From assembly GCA_016176465.1 (NCBI GenBank), contig JACOXD010000003.1, forward strand, positions 1,824-65,823: a DNA stretch of 64,000 bases. The letters are read 5' to 3'. Positions within the stretch are counted from its first letter, which is position 1, and each line of letters starts with the position of its first letter. A program made the position numbers and the translations under genes. This stretch comes from Candidatus Daviesbacteria bacterium (GTDB taxonomy: Bacteria; Patescibacteriota; Microgenomatia; Daviesbacterales; UBA10151). Below, one piece after another: positions 56,268-64,000 of this stretch. The notes under the pieces were generated by a model that worked only from the letters and a program-made list of their open reading frames with translations, was not told the DNA's origin and searched no databases.

Positions 56268-58631
56268 TTATAGTTTTGCCCTAGATGCTATCTCTGCCTC
56301 TACTGCTCTTTTATCCCTTCCATAAGTTAACCTGGATAACTCTTTAATTGCCCTTCCCACCTCTGGCCTCATCATGGCATACCAAGCTTTCATATCTTTT
56401 TGAACGTTTAGAGAAAAAGGTGGAATTGGCTCTCCATGAACTTGGGTTTTAACATATAAAGTGTGAGCAGCAATATTAACTAAATCTTGTTCATTAAAAA
56501 TGGGTGCAAATTCATGTTGTAAAAAGTTAGCATCTGTTACACCTACCCTATATGCCATGACAGTTCCAACATTTCCAAAGATAGCATTTTTAATATTTTC
56601 ATCAATTTGTCCAATAAACTGGTTAGCTACTATTAAATTTAATTTATACTTTCTGGCTTCAGATAAAATGGAAGCAAAAGTGTCAGTGGCAAAGTTTTGG
56701 AATTCATCTACATAAAGGTAAAAATCCCGCCTTTTGTTCTCAGGTGTATCAGCCCGAGACATTGCTGTTGCTAAAATCCGAGGAACTAAAACTAATCCCA
56801 AAAAGTTAGAGTTATCCTCACCCATTTTTCCCTTGGATAAATTAACTATCAAGATTTTGCCATCATCCATAATTTTTCGTAAATCAAATGAAGGTTTTGA
56901 TTGACCAATTATATTTCTAATCATCATATTGGTAACAAATTTTCCAAACTTGGAAACAAAATAATCAAGCGTTTCAGATTTGTGAAACTCAGTTGTTTGA
57001 GCTATTTGATCTGTCCAGTATCTTCTAACAATAGGATCTGCTACTAAGGGCAAAATCTCTCTAACAAATTGTGGATCAGTTAGTGCCCTAACAACCTCAA
57101 TTAAAGTCCCACCAGGCATGGACATAACTGTTAAAAGCGAGTTTCGAACAGCATGCTCTAAGCGGGGACCAATAATCCCGGTATGGTTTGGATCATAAAG
57201 TTTATAAAGCAAACCAATGATTGATTCCACCACAAAATGTTTTTGCTGTTCGCTTATATGCTCCAGCATATTCATTCCAAAAGGACGCTCAACATCAGAG
57301 GGGTCCCAATAAACTACATCTTTTGCCCGATTTGGTGGAATTAAATTCAAAAGTTCATCTGCAGCATCACCGTGTGGATCAATAAAAGCCAAACCTTTAT
57401 TAGCTAAAACATCTTGCAAAGCAAGTGATAATAAAAACTGTGATTTACCAACGCCGGTTCTTCCAATAATGTACATATGACGCTGGCGATCGGAATCGGA
57501 AATATAAACCGGACGCTGTGTCCCTCTAAAAATAGACTTACCAAGGTATAGTCCAAACATTGGGATTTTCTCTGAAGCTGGAGCATGCCTGGCCGGAAGC
57601 CAGTAGATAAAGGGGGTTTCAATAGATTTATTTGGAAAATGAAAAATGGAGGCAATTTCATCTGATGTTAAAACAGGCAATTTTGAAAACATTGGCTGAT
57701 ACCGATAGATAAAATCAACCATGAATCCTTTTTCCGATCTAATTTTTGCCCCACTAAACCCATTGTAAGCTCCTGAGAATTGCTCAAAGGCTGAGCGTAT
57801 GTTAGATAAATGAGCTTTAGCAGTATCTTTGCTACTTGAGGAAACTACAATCCTTACTGCTACATTAAACCCAGGCTTAGAGAGTTTATTTTCTACAGCT
57901 TCCAGCTGTTTTTGATCAGGAGGAGCTTTAGGTTTATCTCCTGTTCCAGGATCCTTTTCTTTTTTCAAAAATGATTTACCCGAATCTTTCCAGTTACCCT
58001 CTGCTGGAGAGATCATAATTTGAATAGCGGCTCCCTCACCTGGTTGCATTTTGGCTAAGGCGGAGGTAATCGCGGATAAAGGATCAGTTGGTAATTCCCT
58101 ATATGTTTTAATTGGGAAGTAGTTGGTATTTTTTAGTTTTAACATGGCATAAGCTACTTGACCTTCTTCTGAGAAAATATTGTATTCTTGAACTTCCTTT
58201 ACTTCAGCATCAGGATAAGCTCCATTAATTTGTTTTTCGACTAAATCCTGGTGTTTTTTATGGCAAGCGATGTAAAATTTAATTGATTCATTTAAAGCAA
58301 TAATTTCAAAAGATAAATGCGGTTGGGGTTTTAAAAATCCAAATATTCCCCCGCCTGTTTTTATAGAATAAAAAGTAGCGAGAAGTTGCTCTGCGGCATC
58401 AATTTTTATCTCATTTCCCCTGGGAACCGATATTTGAAGTAAAACAAACTCCAAGGAATCTCTTTCTCTATTTTTATACTTAATCCAACCAATAATTAAA
58501 GGAGATAAAAAATATAAAGCTAAAGCTACACCTGCAAAAATAAATAAGAAAATAAAAATAGATCCCAGTAAGGATAAGAAATCTATGTTAGTAGTGGTGG
58601 TTTGACTTGTAACTGCTCCGGTATATTCCAT
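56268..58631 (-). CDS. TraG/VirD4/TraD-like (AAA_10) membrane-associated ATPase, conjugation-coupling-protein-like
   Basis: Two N-terminal TM helices. Walker A IIGRTGVGKSQFL followed by IDPHGD. Walker B-like LYVDEFQNF. About 787 aa. Confidence 0.55.
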   Translation of the reverse strand: MEYTGAVTSQTTTTNIDFLSLLGSIFIFLFIFAGVALALYFLSPLIIGWIKYKNRERDSLEFVLLQISVPRGNEIKIDAAEQLLATFYSIKTGGGIFGFLKPQPHLSFEIIALNESIKFYIACHKKHQDLVEKQINGAYPDAEVKEVQEYNIFSEEGQVAYAMLKLKNTNYFPIKTYRELPTDPLSAITSALAKMQPGEGAAIQIMISPAEGNWKDSGKSFLKKEKDPGTGDKPKAPPDQKQLEAVENKLSKPGFNVAVRIVVSSSSKDTAKAHLSNIRSAFEQFSGAYNGFSGAKIRSEKGFMVDFIYRYQPMFSKLPVLTSDEIASIFHFPNKSIETPFIYWLPARHAPASEKIPMFGLYLGKSIFRGTQRPVYISDSDRQRHMYIIGRTGVGKSQFLLSLALQDVLANKGLAFIDPHGDAADELLNLIPPNRAKDVVYWDPSDVERPFGMNMLEHISEQQKHFVVESIIGLLYKLYDPNHTGIIGPRLEHAVRNSLLTVMSMPGGTLIEVVRALTDPQFVREILPLVADPIVRRYWTDQIAQTTEFHKSETLDYFVSKFGKFVTNMMIRNIIGQSKPSFDLRKIMDDGKILIVNLSKGKMGEDNSNFLGLVLVPRILATAMSRADTPENKRRDFYLYVDEFQNFATDTFASILSEARKYKLNLIVANQFIGQIDENIKNAIFGNVGTVMAYRVGVTDANFLQHEFAPIFNEQDLVNIAAHTLYVKTQVHGEPIPPFSLNVQKDMKAWYAMMRPEVGRAIKELSRLTYGRDKRAVEAEIASRAKL

Positions 58632-59108
58632 TTATGCTGCTCCCCTTTGACCTTGGGATTTTAATTTATTTGGATCTACTAAAACAACTTTTGAACCTGG
58701 GTGGCGTTTATACATTTTCCCTTTTAATAATGTAAGGAAGGGTTTGTTCGCTCCGGTTTTGTCAGTGTGAGTAGGATCACCACTTTTTGTTAACTTATCA
58801 ATTGGATCACTGGCTACACTTCCTAAAACCTCTAAATGACCCTTTACTATATCAATTGGACCTTCTGACTCCTGAGCGCCTACACTTGTTTCTCCATCAT
58901 ATTGTGAACTTGTCTCAACTACTTCTTGAGTTGCTGGAGGTCTGGAATTATGTATTTCACTGGTAGCTTCCCTGGCTTGCTGATCTATTTTTTTATGAGA
59001 CTCTTCCAATTCCTCATCAACAACTGTTAAATAAGGAACTCTTTTTTCTTTTACAGATAGAGTATCACTTTCTTTTAGGGCAGATGACATAAAATAATTA
59101 TAGCGCAA
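58632..59108 (-). CDS. hypothetical protein
   Basis: 158-aa acidic ORF adjacent to the ATPase gene. Confidence 0.35.
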   Translation of the reverse strand: MRYNYFMSSALKESDTLSVKEKRVPYLTVVDEELEESHKKIDQQAREATSEIHNSRPPATQEVVETSSQYDGETSVGAQESEGPIDIVKGHLEVLGSVASDPIDKLTKSGDPTHTDKTGANKPFLTLLKGKMYKRHPGSKVVLVDPNKLKSQGQRGAA

Positions 59109-59150
59109 CAGAGTAAAAGTAAGGAGAACTAGCTTATTAATTATACTATT

Positions 59151-59957
59151 TTAAAGCTGCTCTAGACCTTCTAGAACCCTTATCCATCTTTGCACCTCAG
59201 GTTTTTGTGCCATTTCCGGAGACCACATTCTTCCTTCTTGTATATATCTATCCATCCCCACTCTCTCTGAAACAAACCCATATATAGTTTCATTAACCCT
59301 ACTTTTATATCCTTGGCTATCCCAGCGAAGTTGCCAAGGAGTACAGCCAGCAATAGTATCTAGCACAAAAAGCATGAATTCAGTAAGCTGAATAGCCCGT
59401 CGGTTATAGGCCGGGCTAGCCGATGAATGATGATAAAATTTAACAGCAAGTGTTTGTTTTACAAAATCCTTACTACTATTAAACCCATCTACAAATCTAG
59501 TCCAACTAAAGCGATCTTCGGGAAACTTCGATAGATTTACTATTGTTTCTGGATCTAAAATCGGAGGTTTAATCTCGGGTAACCGATTAAGCTGTTGCCA
59601 TGCCTGATCCAAGCTATCTTTTACCTTTGCAGGTAATTGCTGAAAGTTTTGAGCTCGCTCCAGCACCTCAGCAATCATATGTCGTCGTAACACCTGTAGG
59701 TTAGTATGTAGTAGGACAAACGGACTATTTATAAATGCCCCCACCGGATCCTCTACAGCTACCAGTCCACCACTATTCTCCATAACATAGGTAGCAACCT
59801 CTATAGTGGGGAATACTCCTACTATCAATTGCTCATAATATCCGCTCATCAACCTATCATCTCTAGGACTAACTGTTTTGACATTTAATCCATGTTCCCG
59901 CTGAGCCTGTCTCCATTCCAAAACTCGATCTAGCGCTTCTAAATAACCCCCATTCAT
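59151..59957 (-). CDS. hypothetical protein
   Basis: 268-aa ORF with GC content above the local mean. Contains a small palindrome agcccgtcgg...ccgggct. Confidence 0.4.
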   Translation of the reverse strand: MNGGYLEALDRVLEWRQAQREHGLNVKTVSPRDDRLMSGYYEQLIVGVFPTIEVATYVMENSGGLVAVEDPVGAFINSPFVLLHTNLQVLRRHMIAEVLERAQNFQQLPAKVKDSLDQAWQQLNRLPEIKPPILDPETIVNLSKFPEDRFSWTRFVDGFNSSKDFVKQTLAVKFYHHSSASPAYNRRAIQLTEFMLFVLDTIAGCTPWQLRWDSQGYKSRVNETIYGFVSERVGMDRYIQEGRMWSPEMAQKPEVQRWIRVLEGLEQL

Positions 59958-59990
59958 TGAGGCTGATAATATACTTAACTATAAGATATG

Positions 59991-60896
59991 TCAATCTAAA
60001 TATTCTTCTACATCTAAGGCTGCCATACACCCTGCTCCAGCTGCTGTTACTGCTTGCCTGTAGTGATGATCTGAAACATCCCCAGCTGCAAAAATCCCAT
60101 TTATGGATGTTTTAGTATGATTCTTAACAACTATATAGCCTTTTTCATCAAGCTCTATTTCTCCTGTTAAAAAGAAAGTGTTGGGTTTATGACCAATTGC
60201 GATAAATACTCCATCCATCTCTAGCTTACTAATCTTTCCTGTTTGAGTATTTTTTAATCTCACTCCCTTAACTTTTTCTTCTCCCAAAACTTCCTCTAAA
60301 GTAGTGTTCATCATAAATTCCACATTAGGTTTACTCCTAACCAAACTAACTAAAACAGGCTGAGCCCTAAACTCTTCACGACGATGGATTAAAATTATTT
60401 TTTTACCAAACTTGGCTAAATGTTGAGCCTCTCTCATTGCAGTATCTCCTCCTCCAACAACCAAAATATTTTTTTCCTTGAAAAAAAACCCATCACAAAC
60501 AGCACAGGCGGAAACCCCTTTACCAATAAGGCGTTGCTCCGATTCTAAATTCAACCACATTGCTGATGCTCCTGTGGCAATGATAACGCTTTTGGTTTTT
60601 AGCGTTTGGCTTTCGGTTTGGATTTCAAAAGGCCTATTCTTAAAATTAACTGACAAAACATCTTCATCTAAAAATTTTGTTTTGAATCTCTCTGCCTGGG
60701 CGCGCATTTTTAGCATTAAATCAGGACCCTGGATCCCCTCCGGAAATCCCGGGAAATCATCAACATCAGTTGTTAACATTAACTGCCCCCCAGCTCCTCT
60801 TCCAGAAATAACCAAAGGATCCAAATTTCCCCGGGATGCATAGATAGCAGCTGTTAAGCCAGCCGGACCAGAACCAATAATAACTACTTTTTCCAT
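59991..60896 (-). CDS. trxB: thioredoxin-disulfide reductase
   Basis: FAD-binding motif GSGPAGLTAAIY, redox-active CAVCDG, NADPH-binding motif GGGDTA. Confidence 0.9.
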   Translation of the reverse strand: MEKVVIIGSGPAGLTAAIYASRGNLDPLVISGRGAGGQLMLTTDVDDFPGFPEGIQGPDLMLKMRAQAERFKTKFLDEDVLSVNFKNRPFEIQTESQTLKTKSVIIATGASAMWLNLESEQRLIGKGVSACAVCDGFFFKEKNILVVGGGDTAMREAQHLAKFGKKIILIHRREEFRAQPVLVSLVRSKPNVEFMMNTTLEEVLGEEKVKGVRLKNTQTGKISKLEMDGVFIAIGHKPNTFFLTGEIELDEKGYIVVKNHTKTSINGIFAAGDVSDHHYRQAVTAAGAGCMAALDVEEYLD

Positions 60897-60960
60897 GAGA
60901 ATCTATCTTACTCTCATCTTTTTAAGAGAGCAACCTGGTAATCTATTTTGATTACCTAAT

Positions 60961-61224
60961 TTAACGAGGCGAAGCAGAAGTAGTGGCAACTATACCCGAG
61001 CTACTAGCTGGACTTCCCTTAGGAGTGATCTTAGGTGTAGCGCTGGGAGATGGTGATGGGCTAACCTGTATTGAGGGTGATGGACTTATCGTTACTTCTG
61101 GTTGTGGTGTCGGCGTCAGACTAACCTCGCCGGGGCTTAATACATAATTTCTTAGCCACCATAAATATAAGGCTAGCAAAACAACAATAACTATAATAAA
61201 TACTATTGTTAGGTTGCGGCTCAA
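60961..61224 (-). CDS. small membrane-anchored Ser/Pro-rich protein
   Basis: N-terminal TM (IVFIIVIVVLLALYLWW) followed by a (SPSP)n tail. Confidence 0.35.
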   Translation of the reverse strand: MSRNLTIVFIIVIVVLLALYLWWLRNYVLSPGEVSLTPTPQPEVTISPSPSIQVSPSPSPSATPKITPKGSPASSSGIVATTSASPR

Positions 61225-61354
61225 GTCAGATCACCCCCCTTAGGCAGAAATTTTCTCAAGTATATGATACCCTTGCAAATTTAGCAAAGCTTATTCGTAG
61301 AAAAGCTCTGCTTATTCCTGCTTGATTTTTTGACTTTGATATAATCTTAAAATC

Positions 61355-62062
61355 GTGAAGCTAAAACTAGTTAATAAAAAAGAGGAAACCCCCGGGGTTA
61401 TCTCTTTTTATTTTGCAAGCGAAATTCCAATTAATTGGACTGCCGGACAATTTTTATATTATGAAATATCTGATCCCAAACCAGATGATCGCTTAACCAG
61501 AAGATATTTCAGTATTTCCTCAGCTCCTTTTGAAAAATTAATCAGGCTAACTACCAAGTTTGTACCAGGAGATGGATCTACTTTTAAGAAAGACTTACTC
61601 AATTTAAAAATTGGTGATTTGGTTGAGGCTAGAGGGCCTAGCGGGGACTTTATACTGGAAGACACTAATGAGCAAAGTTCTCCTACGGATAAGGATTATG
61701 TATTTATAGCAGGAGGAATTGGTATTACCCCATTCCATTCTATTATTTTAGATCTAAATTATAAAAACTTACCCATTAATATTACCCTTTTATATGCCAA
61801 TAGAGATCAAAATATTTTATTTAAAAATGATTTAGAAGGAATTGCTAAATCCCACCCTGAATTTAAGATCTATTATGTTTTAGATCCACAAAGAATTGAT
61901 GCAAATATTATTAAACAATACATACCTGATATTTTAAAACCTATATACTATGTCTCTGGTCCTGAACCCATGGTTGAGGCAATGGAAAAAATAGTTTATG
62001 AGATGGGAGTGCCTAAAGAGCAGGTAAAAAGAGATTACTTCCCAGGATATACCTGGCCCTAG
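61355..62062 (+). CDS. FNR-like FAD/NAD(P)-binding oxidoreductase
   Basis: RRYFSISS (RxYS FAD motif) and FIAGGIGITPFHSI (NAD(P)-binding GxGxxP). Confidence 0.7.
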   Translation: MKLKLVNKKEETPGVISFYFASEIPINWTAGQFLYYEISDPKPDDRLTRRYFSISSAPFEKLIRLTTKFVPGDGSTFKKDLLNLKIGDLVEARGPSGDFILEDTNEQSSPTDKDYVFIAGGIGITPFHSIILDLNYKNLPINITLLYANRDQNILFKNDLEGIAKSHPEFKIYYVLDPQRIDANIIKQYIPDILKPIYYVSGPEPMVEAMEKIVYEMGVPKEQVKRDYFPGYTWP

Positions 62063-62820
62063 GCTACTTTCTTTAGCTCTGCTTGCTTTGGTATTTCTTT
62101 TGAATCTAATACCTTTTCCAACTCTTTTTCTTTCATAACTCCTACTTTAGTACTCAATGGTGGTAGCAGAGGAGTCTCTTTGGGTGGACTAATATCAGCT
62201 GGCTGGATGAGTCTTTGAATTTCTGCTCCTAGTTCTATCCTTTTTAAAGGGTTATCGTTATTTAAATCATCAACATATTTAGTTATTTGCTCCTCAGCAG
62301 CCAACATAAATGGTCTTACTCTTTTTAGGGTTGTTGTCTCATCAAACTCGCCTTGGTCATTAATTGCAACCAAGATTTCTATTCTGGGGCTAGCGGGATC
62401 TTCAAAACTATAGTCTGCTATTTTATGATTATCTTTGCCGTGATAGAGGGAACCAATCCTAGGGTCACCATTCAAAAGAGTCTTTGCTTGCCAACCATGA
62501 ACTGCCTGTACCATAAAACGGTTTAGCTCAGAAGAGATCTTTAAAGGCAAATAAAATGGTTTAAAGCTTTGGGTTTGTTCTTGTCCTTTTTGCTGCCTCT
62601 CATAATCTTCAGTTAAAAACCAATCAGCACTATAATCATCTGGGGTAGGTTTAACTATAAAACTTTTAATCCGTTTTATAAATTCTTCTTCAACTTTTCT
62701 AACTATTTCATACCTACACATTTGTCCAACTAATTCATCCGCTTCAGTTTCATCTTTTCTGGGATTTGGGTTTTCAACAGCTGGATCCATATGACGAGGT
62801 GTTAATTCCAAAACAGCCAT
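62059..62820 (-). CDS. hypothetical protein
   Basis: 253-aa ORF with no motif. Confidence 0.4.
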   Translation of the reverse strand: MAVLELTPRHMDPAVENPNPRKDETEADELVGQMCRYEIVRKVEEEFIKRIKSFIVKPTPDDYSADWFLTEDYERQQKGQEQTQSFKPFYLPLKISSELNRFMVQAVHGWQAKTLLNGDPRIGSLYHGKDNHKIADYSFEDPASPRIEILVAINDQGEFDETTTLKRVRPFMLAAEEQITKYVDDLNNDNPLKRIELGAEIQRLIQPADISPPKETPLLPPLSTKVGVMKEKELEKVLDSKEIPKQAELKKVA

Positions 62821-62903
62821 AAACTAAAGCCATTCCATCAGGGGGCAAATCTCTGCTCGTATATATAATAGCAAACCACTTTTTAGGATTCTTGTCAAGA
62901 AAG

Positions 62904-63110
62904 TTAAACAAGTTCTTCAATATAGGATTTTCTCTGATTATTAGCTCTTTTCTTGCCTCCAATTCTACCAATGTCAGAATAAAAAGTTTCACCTTGAGAC
63001 TTGGCTGTAGCTTGTCCTCCTAGCCTACCTGCGCTAGCATGACCTTTGGAATTTCCATGCCAACCCCGACCCTTTGAGGAGCTTGATCTTAATCTTTGCA
63101 TGTCCCTCAC
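62904..63110 (-). CDS. KGG-repeat small stress-protein-like
   Basis: 68-aa basic protein with SKGRGWHGNSKGH ... GRLGG ... IGGKK, which are KGG/GG repeats. Confidence 0.4.
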   Translation of the reverse strand: MRDMQRLRSSSSKGRGWHGNSKGHASAGRLGGQATAKSQGETFYSDIGRIGGKKRANNQRKSYIEELV

Positions 63111-63212
63111 CTCCTTAAAAAATTCTCTCTTAAGTTAGGATAATTAAAAAAGTTATGATAGTCACAAAAAATGGGTAAGGGTTTAGCAAGAAAATCTCTT
63201 AAAGGATTTTCA

Positions 63213-63563
63213 CTATACATGGACATGGCGATGCTTATCAGGATGTTCGTCTATAACGCGTGTTCTTCCGGCAGTTAGCGAATCAATAATTGCCATCAAT
63301 AGATAGCCAACTAATAAGTAAGCCAGAAGTGCCACAACTGCTACAGTATCTAGTATTGAATTGCCCTGTAATGATAGATTTGGGAAAATTCCAGAGAAAG
63401 GATAGACAAGCGTATCGCTAATAATATTAATCCAAGAAACTAAAGGAGTCGCTGGATTAGCACCAAATAGCCTTAAAACTATCCTCGCTCCCAAAAAAGC
63501 TACTACAACCAAAAGTACTAAATTAACTAATCTTGTTGCAGTTGATCTTATATCCCAGGCCAT
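63213..63563 (-). CDS. YggT-family membrane protein
   Basis: Two TM helices, with FGANPATPLVSWINIISDTLVYPF typical of YggT/Ycf19. Confidence 0.6.
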   Translation of the reverse strand: MAWDIRSTATRLVNLVLLVVVAFLGARIVLRLFGANPATPLVSWINIISDTLVYPFSGIFPNLSLQGNSILDTVAVVALLAYLLVGYLLMAIIDSLTAGRTRVIDEHPDKHRHVHV

Positions 63564-63655
63564 TTATCTATCACCTCCCATTTAGCTATTAGTTTAACTC
63601 TCATAAGATAAGTTTTTGCTAAGAGTTGGTAAGAATTAAGAAAGAATTTGCTTGC

Positions 63656-64000
63656 TTAAATTTTAGATAAAATACTACTAGATGAGTGGTTGGAAACTGA
63701 GGGAACTAACACTAGTTTACCTCCCACTTTTTGAGCGCTTCTTTTTAAATATTTTATATCACTATTTCCTTTAGTTGAAACTATTATCTGAGGCTTTATT
63801 TTAACAACCAGTTCATCATATTCTCTTTCACTATCTAAAAAAGGTAGCAATATAATAAAATCAATGCTTTGCAATCCTGATAAGACTATTGCCCTGCTTA
63901 ATTGATCATTAACAGGTCGATTTAGCCCTTTTAGTCTTTTAATTTTTTCATCTGACTCTAGTAAAACTAAAAGCTTATCCCCTTTTTCTTTAGCTTTCTC
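63656..64000 (-). CDS. cytidylyltransferase-like nucleotidyltransferase, N-terminal part lies beyond the window
   Basis: The reading frame continues upstream of the track's Met to the window edge (…LVLLESDEKIKRLKGLNRPVNDQLSRAIVLSGLQSIDFIILLPF…), resembling RfaE-domain-II / cytidylyltransferase C-termini. Confidence 0.4.
   Translation of the reverse strand, partial: EKAKEKGDKLLVLLESDEKIKRLKGLNRPVNDQLSRAIVLSGLQSIDFIILLPFLDSEREYDELVVKIKPQIIVSTKGNSDIKYLKRSAQKVGGKLVLVPSVSNHSSSSILSKI

Noticed and set aside
1-64000. CRISPR arrays or rRNA genes
   Set aside because: No regularly spaced direct repeats with unique spacers and no rRNA-like conserved stretches were seen. The repeated elements present are palindromic and dispersed, not arrayed.

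Overview
Low-GC (~35%), gene-dense bacterial chromosome fragment with the look of a reduced-genome, CPR/Patescibacteria-like organism: short intergenic gaps, a long minus-strand gene run, archaeal-type ATP-dependent DNA ligase, EndoQ and isopentenyl-phosphate kinase. Housekeeping genes recognised from motifs in the supplied translations: PolA, FtsH, TrpS, RecF, PyrB, Pth, TrxB, TatD, IspH, UppS, a MsbA-like ABC exporter and an ECF sigma factor. Observations beyond routine annotation:
(1) A family of short GC-rich palindromic repeats (termini gtcatYctga / tcagRatgac; cores such as ttcgcttcgctcg and ctgagctca) is inserted in frame into at least six essential genes (TatD, DNA ligase, RecF, a GT4 glycosyltransferase, PolA three times, SucC-like twice), plus one intergenic copy. 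This resembles the Rickettsia palindromic element phenomenon.
(2) An initiator tRNA-fMet (C1·A72 mismatch, CAU anticodon) is interrupted by a ~245-nt group I intron between positions 33 and 34.
(3) A tRNA-Ile with a UAU anticodon has a duplicated 3'-end fragment next to a tyrosine integrase, with a TraG/VirD4-like ATPase and an HTH protein nearby.
(4) A secreted-protein cluster at 1.4-8.7 kb contains a dockerin-bearing protein and two large paralogous repeat proteins that share a ~130-aa C-terminal module ending PFLETTGGN(I/V)HSN..I(D/N)LP at the stop codon.
(5) A split ATP-citrate-lyase / citryl-CoA synthetase-lyase-like module: SucC-like, SucD-like and a truncated citrate-synthase-like gene.
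(6) An isoprenoid cluster (UppS, IPK, a Nudix hydrolase, a type-1 IDI-like protein, IspH) with no other MEP or mevalonate genes in the window.
(7) Two very large helical proteins with no recognisable motifs (648 and 1172 aa), divergently arranged between two tRNA-Met genes.
No CRISPR array or rRNA was seen.
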